A stretch of DNA of 56,636 bases, from positions 1 through 56,636 of the forward strand of contig CAXFIU010000003.1 in assembly GCA_964003245.1 (NCBI GenBank), read 5' to 3'. The notes under the pieces are model-generated. The model was not told the origin of the DNA. It saw only the letters and a list, made by a program, of their open reading frames with translations, and searched no databases. The position numbers and the translations under genes were made by a program. Shown piece by piece: positions 46,501 through 54,070 of the stretch; position 1 is the stretch's first letter; every line of letters begins with the position of its first letter. The DNA comes from an uncultured Candidatus Poseidoniales archaeon (GTDB lineage Archaea > Thermoplasmatota > Poseidoniia > Poseidoniales > Thalassarchaeaceae).

Positions 46501-49500
46501 TTCCTAGAAATTGTATCACCAAGAGGACCTTCGTAATTCTGGACTTCGTATACAAGTTCTGTAGACATATCATGATACAAATCATTAATCTCTTCAGAAT
46601 TGAAAATCTCTAGTAGTAGAGCACGGCTTAATGCCAACTTTGCATTAACTCTGTGTAACCCACTAGAAACATCATCAAAGTCCTCGATTAGATCAGGAGT
46701 ATATCTGTAACCCGAGATGTCATAATACTGGATTACTAATTCTCCCTTCCTTGCACCCTCTTTGTACCTATCTAATTCCGAAATTGAGTTCCTAGCGTCA
46801 TTGAAACTTGCAATAGCAGATTCCTCGTCAACTAAGTTATCAGAAATTACCTCGCCATCATCTAAGACTATCCATTCTTCGGATTCACTAGGAAGGCCAT
46901 TGGATTCCAAGGAGTAACCACGTAATAATTCATAATCACCATCTATTGCTACTACTGACATTGATCTATCAAGTACAATTTTTGAATCACCCATTGCTAG
47001 GCTCATGATTTTATCAAATTCACTCAATTGTGATTCATCCATGTACCCATCTAATAGTAAATTACTGAAGTCATTGGTGAATCCAGATTGATCATTGGAT
47101 CTTCTATCACCCTGTGCTAATGTGGTAATGAATAAAGAAACAGTATCTTCTTGACTAGCAGAAAGCAACATTGCTCCACTATTAGGAATTCCTGACTGGA
47201 AATTGTCTGCTACAGTAGGGTGGTCACCTTGAGCAAGTGCTTGGAAACCATAATCCCACCATGATACGAAAGCCGGGCGTTCTGAGAAACTATCTTCGGT
47301 ATCTTGTTCGGATAACCATTCATATGCTAAATTCCATGCTCCTGAATTAAAACCAGGTCCAAAAGTTCCCATGTACCACAAGTCGCCATTTGCATCATAA
47401 TTCTCACTATTTAGTAGTGAAAATCCTAATACTTCTTGCCTGAGGATATCAGGAGTTATATCATGAATTGTTTGATCTACATCCGAAGCAGATTGTTCGC
47501 CACGAGGTATACCTGAGTCAATACCATATGTCATGTGCTGAGAACAAACTAACATCAGAACAATCATCAAAGCAGGAACACCAGGATGTCTTCTTGAGGC
47601 AGTCCAATTAGCCCAAAATCTTGACCTAGGTGTAGATATTCCAGATTTTCTCCATTCTTTGAGGAACCCTGAGAAATTGGCATAATTCCACATCATAGCA
47701 ATTCCAATACCACCAACAACTGAAATTGCAGGAGTTGCATTGAAAATGAATCTTCCAGCAGACCAAGCCATGTAAATAGCAATTAAAACCCATAATCCTA
47801 GAAGTATATCGCTTTGTTTTTCTTTTCTTGCCCCTCTCCACAATAACATTGCAGCCACAAATATCGCGATTAACGAAACGATTGGTCCGTAAGAGGCGAA
47901 AAGTACACCTCTACTAGGAGCCTGAGCTTCCCCAATTGTCCCGAATATTTTATTCTTTGAAAAGTAGAATCCGCCAGTGAATAAAACATCCCATCCATCG
48001 TAAATATTTGCTTGTTGTAAGGCATATAATATAGCTAAAATTGAACCCATTAATACCGCAGTACTGCCGAGTACCAGTAGCCAAGGTTTATCTCTATAAG
48101 AAGAGGAAACCCAACCTAGAGCAAGGGTAAACCCAATAATGTAAAACATGGGTTGAAAACCACTAGGATCAAACAGTAGATTAAGCCCTGGCCAGCAGTA
48201 GAAAGGTAATGGAATGACAAAAGCGGTAAGCATCATTTGTAAAGATGCTGCAGTAATTGGAAGACTATCTCTACGACGGAACATATTGAAGAATATCTGG
48301 AATGCAAAAGCAATAAACAGAATTCCTGGCCCATATACGAAACCCTTCCATCCTAAAGCAACTACTGCGAAAGATACACCTGACAATGTAGCATTAGACA
48401 TTACAACAGGATTAGAAGACCACATTTGTCTTATTCCTGCTATGATGTAAAGTGGACTTAAACTTGGAGTCTGGAATAATCTCTCATTCTTCAGTTCATC
48501 CATAGCTTTGACCCAATAGTAAAATGCAATTGCTAGGAATAACATTGCGAATGCGTCGTGATCAGCTAATCCAAATGTCGAGTGCCCGATGTGACCGGGC
48601 ATTAATGCAATTAACCAAGCGGCAACAATACCGGCCATATTACTGTGTAGTTTCCTTGCAAGTCCTGCAATTGGTAATACAATTAATGCTCCGAAGATTG
48701 CTGGTAAAGAAGCTACACTCCACCAAACAGAGGTTTCCAAAGTCATTCCGGACAACCATGAGAGGAATAAACCTCCAAGTGCTAATGACCATGAGAAAAG
48801 AGGAGGTCTTGGATTAATTGCTACCATTGGATAAGCCCTATCTGCATCAATAATGAGGTGACTCTTTTGAAGTACAACATAATCTACAACTCTCTTCATG
48901 TACCAAGGATCAGAACCCCCAGACATATCCCATAATCCAGTCCCCGAAGCATTCATTGCAGGAAGAACGTTCCAACCTGTTCGAACGGCTAGACCAATTA
49001 TTAGCGCCGAACCAACCATGATTCCATAGGAGTGTTTATTCCACCATTTTCGGAAATCAGAATGTTCTCTACGAGGTGAGATGTCTCCAAACATACCACG
49101 TCCGGCTACCATCATTGCACCGATATTTAGCCAGAAAACAAGTAAAAACCATGTAAAGAGGCTGACATTATCATCACCGTTCAAAGTTGAAAGAGGCAAT
49201 TCATTTCCAATTTCTTCTAAGTGCGCTAAAGTATACATTAACCAGTTTAGACCTACAACTGTACCTAAAACATGCCACCTCTCAGAATTACAGAAAGAAA
49301 CGAAGAGAACAACTATTGATGCGAATATTGCCCAAACAGAACCTAGGTAATGATGATCATTATATGAATTGACATCATCTATGGTGCTTAACCAAACTAA
49401 TGGAATTAAATTAACTAAGAATATTATTCCAGCAGTTATCAAACCCGCTTTAGGCATAATTGAAGGAATATCGCGAAACCATGGGCCCTGCCCAGGATGT

Positions 49501-50081
49501 GCCTGCCTACCTCTAATAACTAAGGTAACAAGAACTCCGAGTATGATTGAAGCAATCCAGAATGCGAAGAACACTGAAGCGATTGATGCCCTAATTACAT
49601 CAATTAGTTCGTCAGGGCTACTACTCCATGAAGAATCATCCAAAGTGTATCGGGTAGCAAAAGAAATTGCTAGATGGAAACCAATTACCATCGATAGTAA
49701 AATTGAGGACTCCTCATTCCAGTTATTTTTATACAGGAAAAGAGTGAATACAAATACAAAAGCAAAAGTAAAACCTTCCATAGGAGTAATTGGAGTAAAC
49801 TCAGGAGCCAAAATCGACAAAATAATTGCTGCTAAAGAGCTAAGAATTATTTGGGAATCACCTTTTGAAAATTGGTCTACTACGATTCTACCGATAAACG
49901 CGGCAAAAGCAGCGATAACCGGTAGAATCAGGATTTCAGCATATCCGTCGTTCTCAATTCCACCATTAGCGACATAATCAGTCCCAAGGAAGAGTACCAT
50001 CAAAGTTGCTAGTACAGCAGGGACTGGGAGCAAATTCTTATTCGAAAAACCTCCCTTTGTCGCGTCATTATCATCGTTCAT
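40563..50081 (-). CDS. aglB: Giant (3172 aa) AglB/STT3-type oligosaccharyltransferase fused to an extra N-terminal polytopic module, about 2200 aa of beta-sandwich repeats and a C-terminal TM anchor
   Basis: Ordered STT3 motifs: SDPWYMKR (D391), GLADHDAF (D507/D509), TIGE (715-718, TIXE-type) and WWDYG (941-945). The downstream part has CarboxypepD_reg/Cna-B-like units (IEGTVELEGIGPVPNARILIE...NGDFSFLAPAGKIRVSA; LAGTVFWDLNDNNVSNVGEGISEVQMTF) and CARDB-like units. It ends IIAYILVIALVLIGLYLTKGRSRRPGAPF. GGTGAT lies 8 nt upstream of the ATG. Confidence 0.85.
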   Translation of the reverse strand: MNDDNDATKGGFSNKNLLPVPAVLATLMVLFLGTDYVANGGIENDGYAEILILPVIAAFAAFIGRIVVDQFSKGDSQIILSSLAAIILSILAPEFTPITPMEGFTFAFVFVFTLFLYKNNWNEESSILLSMVIGFHLAISFATRYTLDDSSWSSSPDELIDVIRASIASVFFAFWIASIILGVLVTLVIRGRQAHPGQGPWFRDIPSIMPKAGLITAGIIFLVNLIPLVWLSTIDDVNSYNDHHYLGSVWAIFASIVVLFVSFCNSERWHVLGTVVGLNWLMYTLAHLEEIGNELPLSTLNGDDNVSLFTWFLLVFWLNIGAMMVAGRGMFGDISPRREHSDFRKWWNKHSYGIMVGSALIIGLAVRTGWNVLPAMNASGTGLWDMSGGSDPWYMKRVVDYVVLQKSHLIIDADRAYPMVAINPRPPLFSWSLALGGLFLSWLSGMTLETSVWWSVASLPAIFGALIVLPIAGLARKLHSNMAGIVAAWLIALMPGHIGHSTFGLADHDAFAMLFLAIAFYYWVKAMDELKNERLFQTPSLSPLYIIAGIRQMWSSNPVVMSNATLSGVSFAVVALGWKGFVYGPGILFIAFAFQIFFNMFRRRDSLPITAASLQMMLTAFVIPLPFYCWPGLNLLFDPSGFQPMFYIIGFTLALGWVSSSYRDKPWLLVLGSTAVLMGSILAILYALQQANIYDGWDVLFTGGFYFSKNKIFGTIGEAQAPSRGVLFASYGPIVSLIAIFVAAMLLWRGARKEKQSDILLGLWVLIAIYMAWSAGRFIFNATPAISVVGGIGIAMMWNYANFSGFLKEWRKSGISTPRSRFWANWTASRRHPGVPALMIVLMLVCSQHMTYGIDSGIPRGEQSASDVDQTIHDITPDILRQEVLGFSLLNSENYDANGDLWYMGTFGPGFNSGAWNLAYEWLSEQDTEDSFSERPAFVSWWDYGFQALAQGDHPTVADNFQSGIPNSGAMLLSASQEDTVSLFITTLAQGDRRSNDQSGFTNDFSNLLLDGYMDESQLSEFDKIMSLAMGDSKIVLDRSMSVVAIDGDYELLRGYSLESNGLPSESEEWIVLDDGEVISDNLVDEESAIASFNDARNSISELDRYKEGARKGELVIQYYDISGYRYTPDLIEDFDDVSSGLHRVNAKLALSRALLLEIFNSEEINDLYHDMSTELVYEVQNYEGPLGDTISRNNEIRYFAVDNRLYPLGGQYYEDYSYHQGQTTGIFHAPTSLSGLDTETYISSVYQTQRGDGPIIPRTGEEYENEYLNDVIRQQSGALTDVNEMIRMVDIDYQHQPEFFDTMVARIYVGYGSSTLGLPGDAEQPAPHFYTSGAPGSYLENAYPLPGAMMNHLVLSNWYAPDCETDEDGNQLDPECENLGIGSANTQVKVMKYYSGATIEGTVELEGIGPVPNARILIERDAFSGDEVEIDGQVTDRDQRTYWIPIGTTDADSNGDFSFLAPAGKIRVSAFYGESNLEAARTQIMTSNVGQTLGDIFESETSGVRTLNPITGILGNVSGSTWLSETTVNISGEDGHSNGEEIIPVSISVSPVSSIGRLVWSGSEIFSGNSLDDATIELSPSWDNIEASPYLVSTSNGSIMGDDLRFEGTGEVTFTGEGNVITSSIATVSDFTGNYTQTVFNNHSVTGEGEFAGKGIIDGEINDDLSDIVNCELNETMPENNSLCIQSDGNYLLDGIVNASGRFTANGVASFTQKLVQSTLIGSGVFSPDTSDSSLENYGTINATGTFSGMGIFSGVMVQPGTFHVVDAIPGSYDVAVIFSDDTRIEINDGFTITQAVSVLPTEIDINGGLITGTLIDVSGNYLDSHVLLESVDSSSNVEEIGDCEVVKYAPCHIFPQLTYENDILVGSKIEFGPIMPGSYIATIDTDSDNFSESILEFTVDSNEESSFVLPSPIPQTTDLTFQLIKVEDGVDIAVEGLDLTFNQKNGSGSPVDSLYDNSSNNYYVELTPGTWILNYTLSETEQLWEEIEVFANSDFTDTYNFYTSQTVNGTLYYDENIESDTIDTSKILEFVPIVFYWDDFSTTVETSFDGTFSIVLPVGSDVDAIAQLGVDLKLVNGTKFTVDENMDKITMVARPGQAIDGAVSVNRENNLFNTEIGGWEPVTVVAQSEEYDVTWRSETNDGGFFEMVLPKGTWEFTVLSDELNSGTNITNVDNNNNTVEVIIYPEDSVLTLDFFLDNSDDNNVSNGTPVTYDFSLLSLINGIDYHVNSSSNNWIDNGVAQVSVEPGIYRISVDIADPSSGDLFGTRIMSGEVDVQVGIDSTNISRSIGFDPEWKVEMSFTNESGGELSEQLVRFTNVENGWVLSRTTDSNGSIIDFFPQGDWIATTEVLNNDVREGLRTLLSVNSDISDDSLALSTSQLAEISFNVSVDSSNSPLSGVSLLMESANNLGSFSIEATNSSGITTIDIVEGDWIVSLNYTDDGKRWVVESHPITIVVGENHVDLQANLYVALAGTVFWDLNDNNVSNVGEGISEVQMTFTATSDTIEHSISTDEAGEWELFVPYNTSWQIQTIYDGFENIDENVAVSDSPNDVDLELIAGLVDVYGNITYDLGISSIPVEDIVLMLIPTEGLVRDTVTIEIVADEDTGWSGSWSSELEPGLWIVRASVPSQDLVIMGLMDVDVTGSSNNLDMELTRGGTLGVQTEWLDYDGNSRNLGEILDANVLIDIGFGMKWLENVDENGSLDLLLPNGNVQFSGNFDIEQRGLIMEFTAGRGVDVYSGQESPIMNLLFNRVSNHEIEINTLNGTSGHESYIGSLGDVSLVLNETNGFIPVDFTLGVDYLGHESFDVFTVGGIVSGTDSSDWTVEFNNGSGNWTSSTQFEVGLDNSLDFNSLNVRVIPPNQSVAHSFEDGHKITISISTLDGYLATHDLIVRVPQIHGFELTNPMADSYGVSPGESIIIPIDFTNSGNGDEKYDFEFDDSELPDGWSRTGPTSHTLGSFVSTSHSVTVVSPSDATSNEEFSIYVSVTDKVNNSYEVIEINIQSSEPVLKIESLQAYGGGEPEAGGQITYIATLSNDGLVDAKNVELNSILCADALCASPTSVTATTIMDISAKTSTQFSFLFDLSDIDVGPYFIMLDINSTGFNEENIDDDSWHISDGVEQGVMNVDVRSPAVTDDENTDIIAYILVIALVLIGLYLTKGRSRRPGAPF
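47247..47261 (-). other. Codons for the WWDYG catalytic motif of the STT3/AglB domain
   Basis: The plus strand reads CCATAATCCCACCA here, reverse complement TGGTGGGATTATGG, in the frame of the 3172-codon ORF (residues 941-945). Confidence 0.9.
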
Positions 50082-50100
50082 TATTCATCACCATGTTGTC

Positions 50101-50114
50101 GAGCCTGCAGGCTC
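50101..50114. repeat. Perfect 14-nt palindrome GAGCCTGCAGGCTC in the aglB upstream leader
   Basis: Read directly from the sequence. It lies about 20-33 nt upstream of the aglB ATG (50081) and downstream of a TATA-like element. It could form a 5-bp stem with a 4-nt loop in RNA, or be a dimeric protein-binding site. Confidence 0.4.
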
Positions 50115-50172
50115 AGAGTTCCGGCGAAAATTGAGGATGTTATAACCGTTAGTGGGTTAAAGGTTTTCAGAT

Positions 50173-50192
50173 AAAAATAAAATAGGTATAAA
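50173..50192 (-). promoter_or_regulatory. Oligo-T tract (candidate purD terminator) overlapping or adjacent to a TTTATA TATA-box-like element (candidate aglB promoter)
   Basis: The minus strand reads ...ATATTTATACCTATTTTATTTTTATCTG... starting about 9 nt after the purD stop. Archaeal terminators are oligo-T runs and promoters carry TTTATA-like boxes. Assignment is by sequence pattern only. Confidence 0.3.
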
Positions 50193-50200
50193 TATTGCTC

Positions 50201-51460
50201 TCAGAGCCCTCTATGAGCAATATCCTTCCTGAAATATGAACCTTCCAATTTTATGTTCTCAATCACTTCATATGCGGCTTCAACAGCGGTGACTAAATCA
50301 GGAGCTATTCCTGTTGCTGCAAGCACACGACCACCATTAGAAATTAATTCTCCCTCATTAGAAATTACTGCACCAGCATAATGAACCAGCGCACTGATTT
50401 CACCTTCCTCAATTATTATTTCCGAACCTTGTATGACTCTTCCAGTAATTGAATTAGAAGGATAGCCCTCCGAAGACAGAACAATAGTTGCCGATGAATA
50501 AGGAAATGTTGTAAAATCATATTCAGAAATTTTTCCATTGGCACAAGAAATTAATAATTCTCCTAAGTCACTAGAGATTAATGGAAGTGTGACTTGTGTT
50601 TCTGGATCGCCAAAACGAACATTGAATTCTACTACAAAAGGAGCACCGTTCTCATCAATCATTAATCCAACATATAAACAACCACGATAAGGTATATCCT
50701 GATTTCTAAGAAAATGATGCATCGGCTCAATAATTTCGGAAATCGCCCGCTGCTCTACAGCAGGAGTATAGACGGGTGCAGGTGCATAAGCACCCATTCC
50801 ACCAGTATTAGGACCATTATCACCATCCAGAAGACGTTTATGATCCTGACTCGCAGGAAGGCAAACATATCCAGATTCATCCATCACTACCAAAACCGAT
50901 GCTTCTTCACCATTTAGAAACTCTTCAAGAAGTACTTTGCCATCCAAAACTATTCCATCGCTCAGAGCATTATATGCCTCATTGCGATCAGTTGTAACAA
51001 CAACTCCTTTACCTCCAGCGAGAACATCTCTTTTCACAACCCAAGGAGGAGGAAAAGTATCTAATGATTCATTAATTCTATCAATATTCTCGATTAAAAT
51101 TAGTCCAGCAGTAGGTACTTTCATTGATTGCATAATTTCCTTTGCATACAATTTCGAACCTTCTAACCTAGCACCTTTTGAATTAGGTCCGAAACAAGGA
51201 ATTCCTTCTTCTGAAAGTCTGTCGGATAAACCTGCTACTAGAGGTGCTTCAGGACCTACGACTACCAAATCAATTTTCAAAACTTTAGCTAGATTAATAA
51301 TACCTTCAATATCCATTGAATCTACCTTATGATTGGTTCCAGAAATCGCTGTACCTGCATTACCAGGACAGGTGTGGACATGATTTACAGATTCACATTC
51401 CGAAAGACTGAGAGATAGTGCATGCTCTCTTCCACCACTACCTACAACAAGAACTTCCAT
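50201..51460 (-). CDS. purD: Phosphoribosylamine--glycine ligase
   Basis: MEVLVVGSGGREHAL N-terminus and ATP-grasp segments. The ORF opens at GTG 51469, but ATG 51460 is preceded by GGGTGAGGTG (plus-strand 51469..51478) at Shine-Dalgarno spacing. Confidence 0.95.
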   Translation of the reverse strand: MEVLVVGSGGREHALSLSLSECESVNHVHTCPGNAGTAISGTNHKVDSMDIEGIINLAKVLKIDLVVVGPEAPLVAGLSDRLSEEGIPCFGPNSKGARLEGSKLYAKEIMQSMKVPTAGLILIENIDRINESLDTFPPPWVVKRDVLAGGKGVVVTTDRNEAYNALSDGIVLDGKVLLEEFLNGEEASVLVVMDESGYVCLPASQDHKRLLDGDNGPNTGGMGAYAPAPVYTPAVEQRAISEIIEPMHHFLRNQDIPYRGCLYVGLMIDENGAPFVVEFNVRFGDPETQVTLPLISSDLGELLISCANGKISEYDFTTFPYSSATIVLSSEGYPSNSITGRVIQGSEIIIEEGEISALVHYAGAVISNEGELISNGGRVLAATGIAPDLVTAVEAAYEVIENIKLEGSYFRKDIAHRGL

Positions 51461-51526
51461 ACCCTGCACACCTCACCCGAGAGAGTATAGGAATTAATGA
51501 ATTCGAATGCCGAATTATAAAAAAAT

Positions 51527-52216
51527 CTAGTAAGGAACTTCTTTAAGTCCGAATTTATAGCCTATAATATTGAAAGAACGATGAATAACTGGAGTGATAA
51601 GTATAAGAAATACAATTTCTTCTACTAAATTAGGATGAGTTATAATTTGGCCATCGAATAGTAAGAAGGCTGTAACGAATATAGCGATTGCAAATGGAAC
51701 TGTATCAAGCAGCGGGGCTTCAGAGCTTTCATCGCCTTCTCTCTTCAACCCTCTTCTACGCTTTACAAATGAACCACACATATCTCCTATCATACAAGAA
51801 AAACCGAGTATAAAACCCATAGTAAAAGCAGCGAAAGATGAACCCATTTCTCCTCCGAACAACCAAAACCAGTCACTGGAATTCGCATAAATTAATGGAT
51901 CAATAAACGGTGCATCAGTCCCATTATTATTCCAAAGATTATGAGCAATGATAAATAATATTCCGCTAAAAATACCGCCTCCAATCAATCCATTCCAAGA
52001 TTTACCATCTCCGAGTATTCTATGGCCATCAGAGTGATTTTTGCCACCATCAATAATTAGAACCGGCATTCCTGTTTTATCGGGTATCCATTTTCCGAAT
52101 AACATTGCTCCAGTATTAGCCAGATAAGCAGAACCATACATCAATAAAACACATAGTACGTTTACAAAAAAAGAGCCAAAGCCATCTGTTTCGAAAGGAG
52201 TTGATGAGATATCCAC
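51527..52216 (-). CDS. carS: CDP-archaeol synthase (CarS/DUF46 family)
   Basis: Polytopic membrane protein with YLANTGAMLFGKW, IDGGK, LGDGKSWNGLIGG and GDMCGSFVKRRRGL...PLLDTVPF segments typical of CarS. GTG start. Confidence 0.75.
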   Translation of the reverse strand: MDISSTPFETDGFGSFFVNVLCVLLMYGSAYLANTGAMLFGKWIPDKTGMPVLIIDGGKNHSDGHRILGDGKSWNGLIGGGIFSGILFIIAHNLWNNNGTDAPFIDPLIYANSSDWFWLFGGEMGSSFAAFTMGFILGFSCMIGDMCGSFVKRRRGLKREGDESSEAPLLDTVPFAIAIFVTAFLLFDGQIITHPNLVEEIVFLILITPVIHRSFNIIGYKFGLKEVPY

Positions 52217-52298
52217 AGCCTGTCGAAAAGACTTCTAGACATGAAACATTCCCTCATGAAGCCCAAGTATTAATTTCCTATTGACCATTCGCAGCACT

Positions 52299-54068
52299 AT
52301 GGATAACATACTAAAAATGAAAACTGGAATAGCCTCGATGTTACTAATTCTAGTTTTTTTCTCAGTTCCTGTAGTCGCAGATAATCATCAAGGAGATATA
52401 ATTATTGATGAAATTGTAGAATGGACTACTGATCAAGAAATCAATAAAAATATTCACATCACTAGTAATGGGAAGTTGACTATTAGTTCATCAATTACTT
52501 TCTCATCGTCATCCACAATAGTTATTGATGAAGGTGGTGAAATGAAATTAATAGGATCTTCCGAGTTAATCTCTGAAAAAAGAGCCACTTCTCTGGAAAC
52601 ACTAGGGATGATTGATGAGGTAAATAGATCGAAGATTATTATACCAAGTTCAATTCATAGTGGGGAAATAAATGTTATAATTAATGCTGAAGAAGGATAC
52701 CCATTAGATGGAAGTAATGTCTATGTAGGAGATATGGAACCAATACTGATGAGTGGGATGAATTTCTCATTAAATATTCCAGAGAGCCAAGAGGATACTA
52801 TTCTGGGTTTCACGGGTTATGGAAAGTTCCCTATCATTAAATCGATCATTTTGGAAACAGATAATGGTGATTTTGAATACAAAGCTAACGAATTACCATA
52901 TCAAAATATGTTACTCAATGGAGAAAATGGACTTACAATAAACTCAGCAGGAAAGATTGAAGTTATAGAAAACTCTACTTTACATGGTGTGAATATTATT
53001 TCAAGTGGTGAAATAATAGTTAAAGAGGGCTTTATCAGAGATAGTTGTCCAATGATTCTAACAACTGATAGTTCATCATTAATTATTGAAAATAGTGAGA
53101 TTTCAGGTAGTAAAGAAGATCATTATGTTCAAGCACAACCATTCTCTAACATTGAATGGGGTAGTTCAGAAGACGGCACTACAGTGGCTATAAAAGGAGA
53201 TTTAATTGATAGATGGGAAAGAATAATTTCTAATCAAATCATTATTTTTGATTCTGTGGGAGTTCATTTTAGCATAATTGGAACAGGGCCTAATGGAGCA
53301 CTAAATATCACTAGTTATAGTGGTCCTGATGGGAAATCAGTCATTAATGATGGAGGAGATTCTAGAACAATTGAGATAGGATGGGCGAATGGAGAAATAA
53401 CTACTGAAGAAGCGGTTATCTCTATTATAGAATATAGGACTGCTTGGAATACAGAGTCTAGCGGAATTATCAATTATGGACCACAGGGAGGAGATATTGA
53501 ATTAACCTGGGAAAAAGAAATAGATTTGACCGGTAATAATATCCCCGATATAGAGTGGGTTTCCCTTACAGCTAACATAGATAATTCAGACTCTGAGAAT
53601 GAAATTCGAACTGGGGTGACTCAACAGATTTCTGCAGTATTGGCTAATAGAGGAAGCGCCTCAGCTAATCTGTTCTTTGATTGTGATGTCACAGAAACTG
53701 GAATGGCGGCTGATATCGGAGGATATCAGAATGTAAATATTGATGCAGGAGAAGAAGTAGAAGTTTTCTTTGGTTGGAGAAATAGTGAACCAGGGACTTT
53801 TAGCTTGACATGTGAGGTTTTAACGCCGACGCAATTAGTAGATTATGAAAACTCACAAGCATTCGGAGGAGGTAATATGTCTACGCAGTCCATTATTTGG
53901 GAAGAAATTAATGATGATAGTTTCAATATGATTCCGATTTTTATCGTCATAATAATTGTCATGATTTCGGGAGGAGTTTACTTGGTTCACAATTTATCTA
54001 GGAATGCTGAACAAACCGCTGAGATTCTTGAGAATTATAATAAATCCACAGAAAATGAAGAAGACTGA
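52299..54068 (+). CDS. Type I membrane surface protein (beta-helix-like N-terminal part, CARDB-like domain, TM, short acidic tail)
   Basis: The ORF opens at TTG 52281. ATG 52299 or ATG 52317 gives the leader MKTGIASMLLILVFFSVPVVA. AVLANRGSASANLFFDCDV is CARDB-like. TM is IPIFIVIIIVMISGGVYLV, with tail ...STENEED. Confidence 0.65.
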   Translation: MDNILKMKTGIASMLLILVFFSVPVVADNHQGDIIIDEIVEWTTDQEINKNIHITSNGKLTISSSITFSSSSTIVIDEGGEMKLIGSSELISEKRATSLETLGMIDEVNRSKIIIPSSIHSGEINVIINAEEGYPLDGSNVYVGDMEPILMSGMNFSLNIPESQEDTILGFTGYGKFPIIKSIILETDNGDFEYKANELPYQNMLLNGENGLTINSAGKIEVIENSTLHGVNIISSGEIIVKEGFIRDSCPMILTTDSSSLIIENSEISGSKEDHYVQAQPFSNIEWGSSEDGTTVAIKGDLIDRWERIISNQIIIFDSVGVHFSIIGTGPNGALNITSYSGPDGKSVINDGGDSRTIEIGWANGEITTEEAVISIIEYRTAWNTESSGIINYGPQGGDIELTWEKEIDLTGNNIPDIEWVSLTANIDNSDSENEIRTGVTQQISAVLANRGSASANLFFDCDVTETGMAADIGGYQNVNIDAGEEVEVFFGWRNSEPGTFSLTCEVLTPTQLVDYENSQAFGGGNMSTQSIIWEEINDDSFNMIPIFIVIIIVMISGGVYLVHNLSRNAEQTAEILENYNKSTENEED

Positions 54069-54070
54069 AT

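Noticed and set aside
49369-49977. 202-aa plus-strand ORF inside aglB
   Set aside because: It lies entirely antisense to the N-terminal TM region of the 3172-codon ORF and has no motifs. Long antisense ORFs are common opposite hydrophobic coding sequence in AT-rich DNA.
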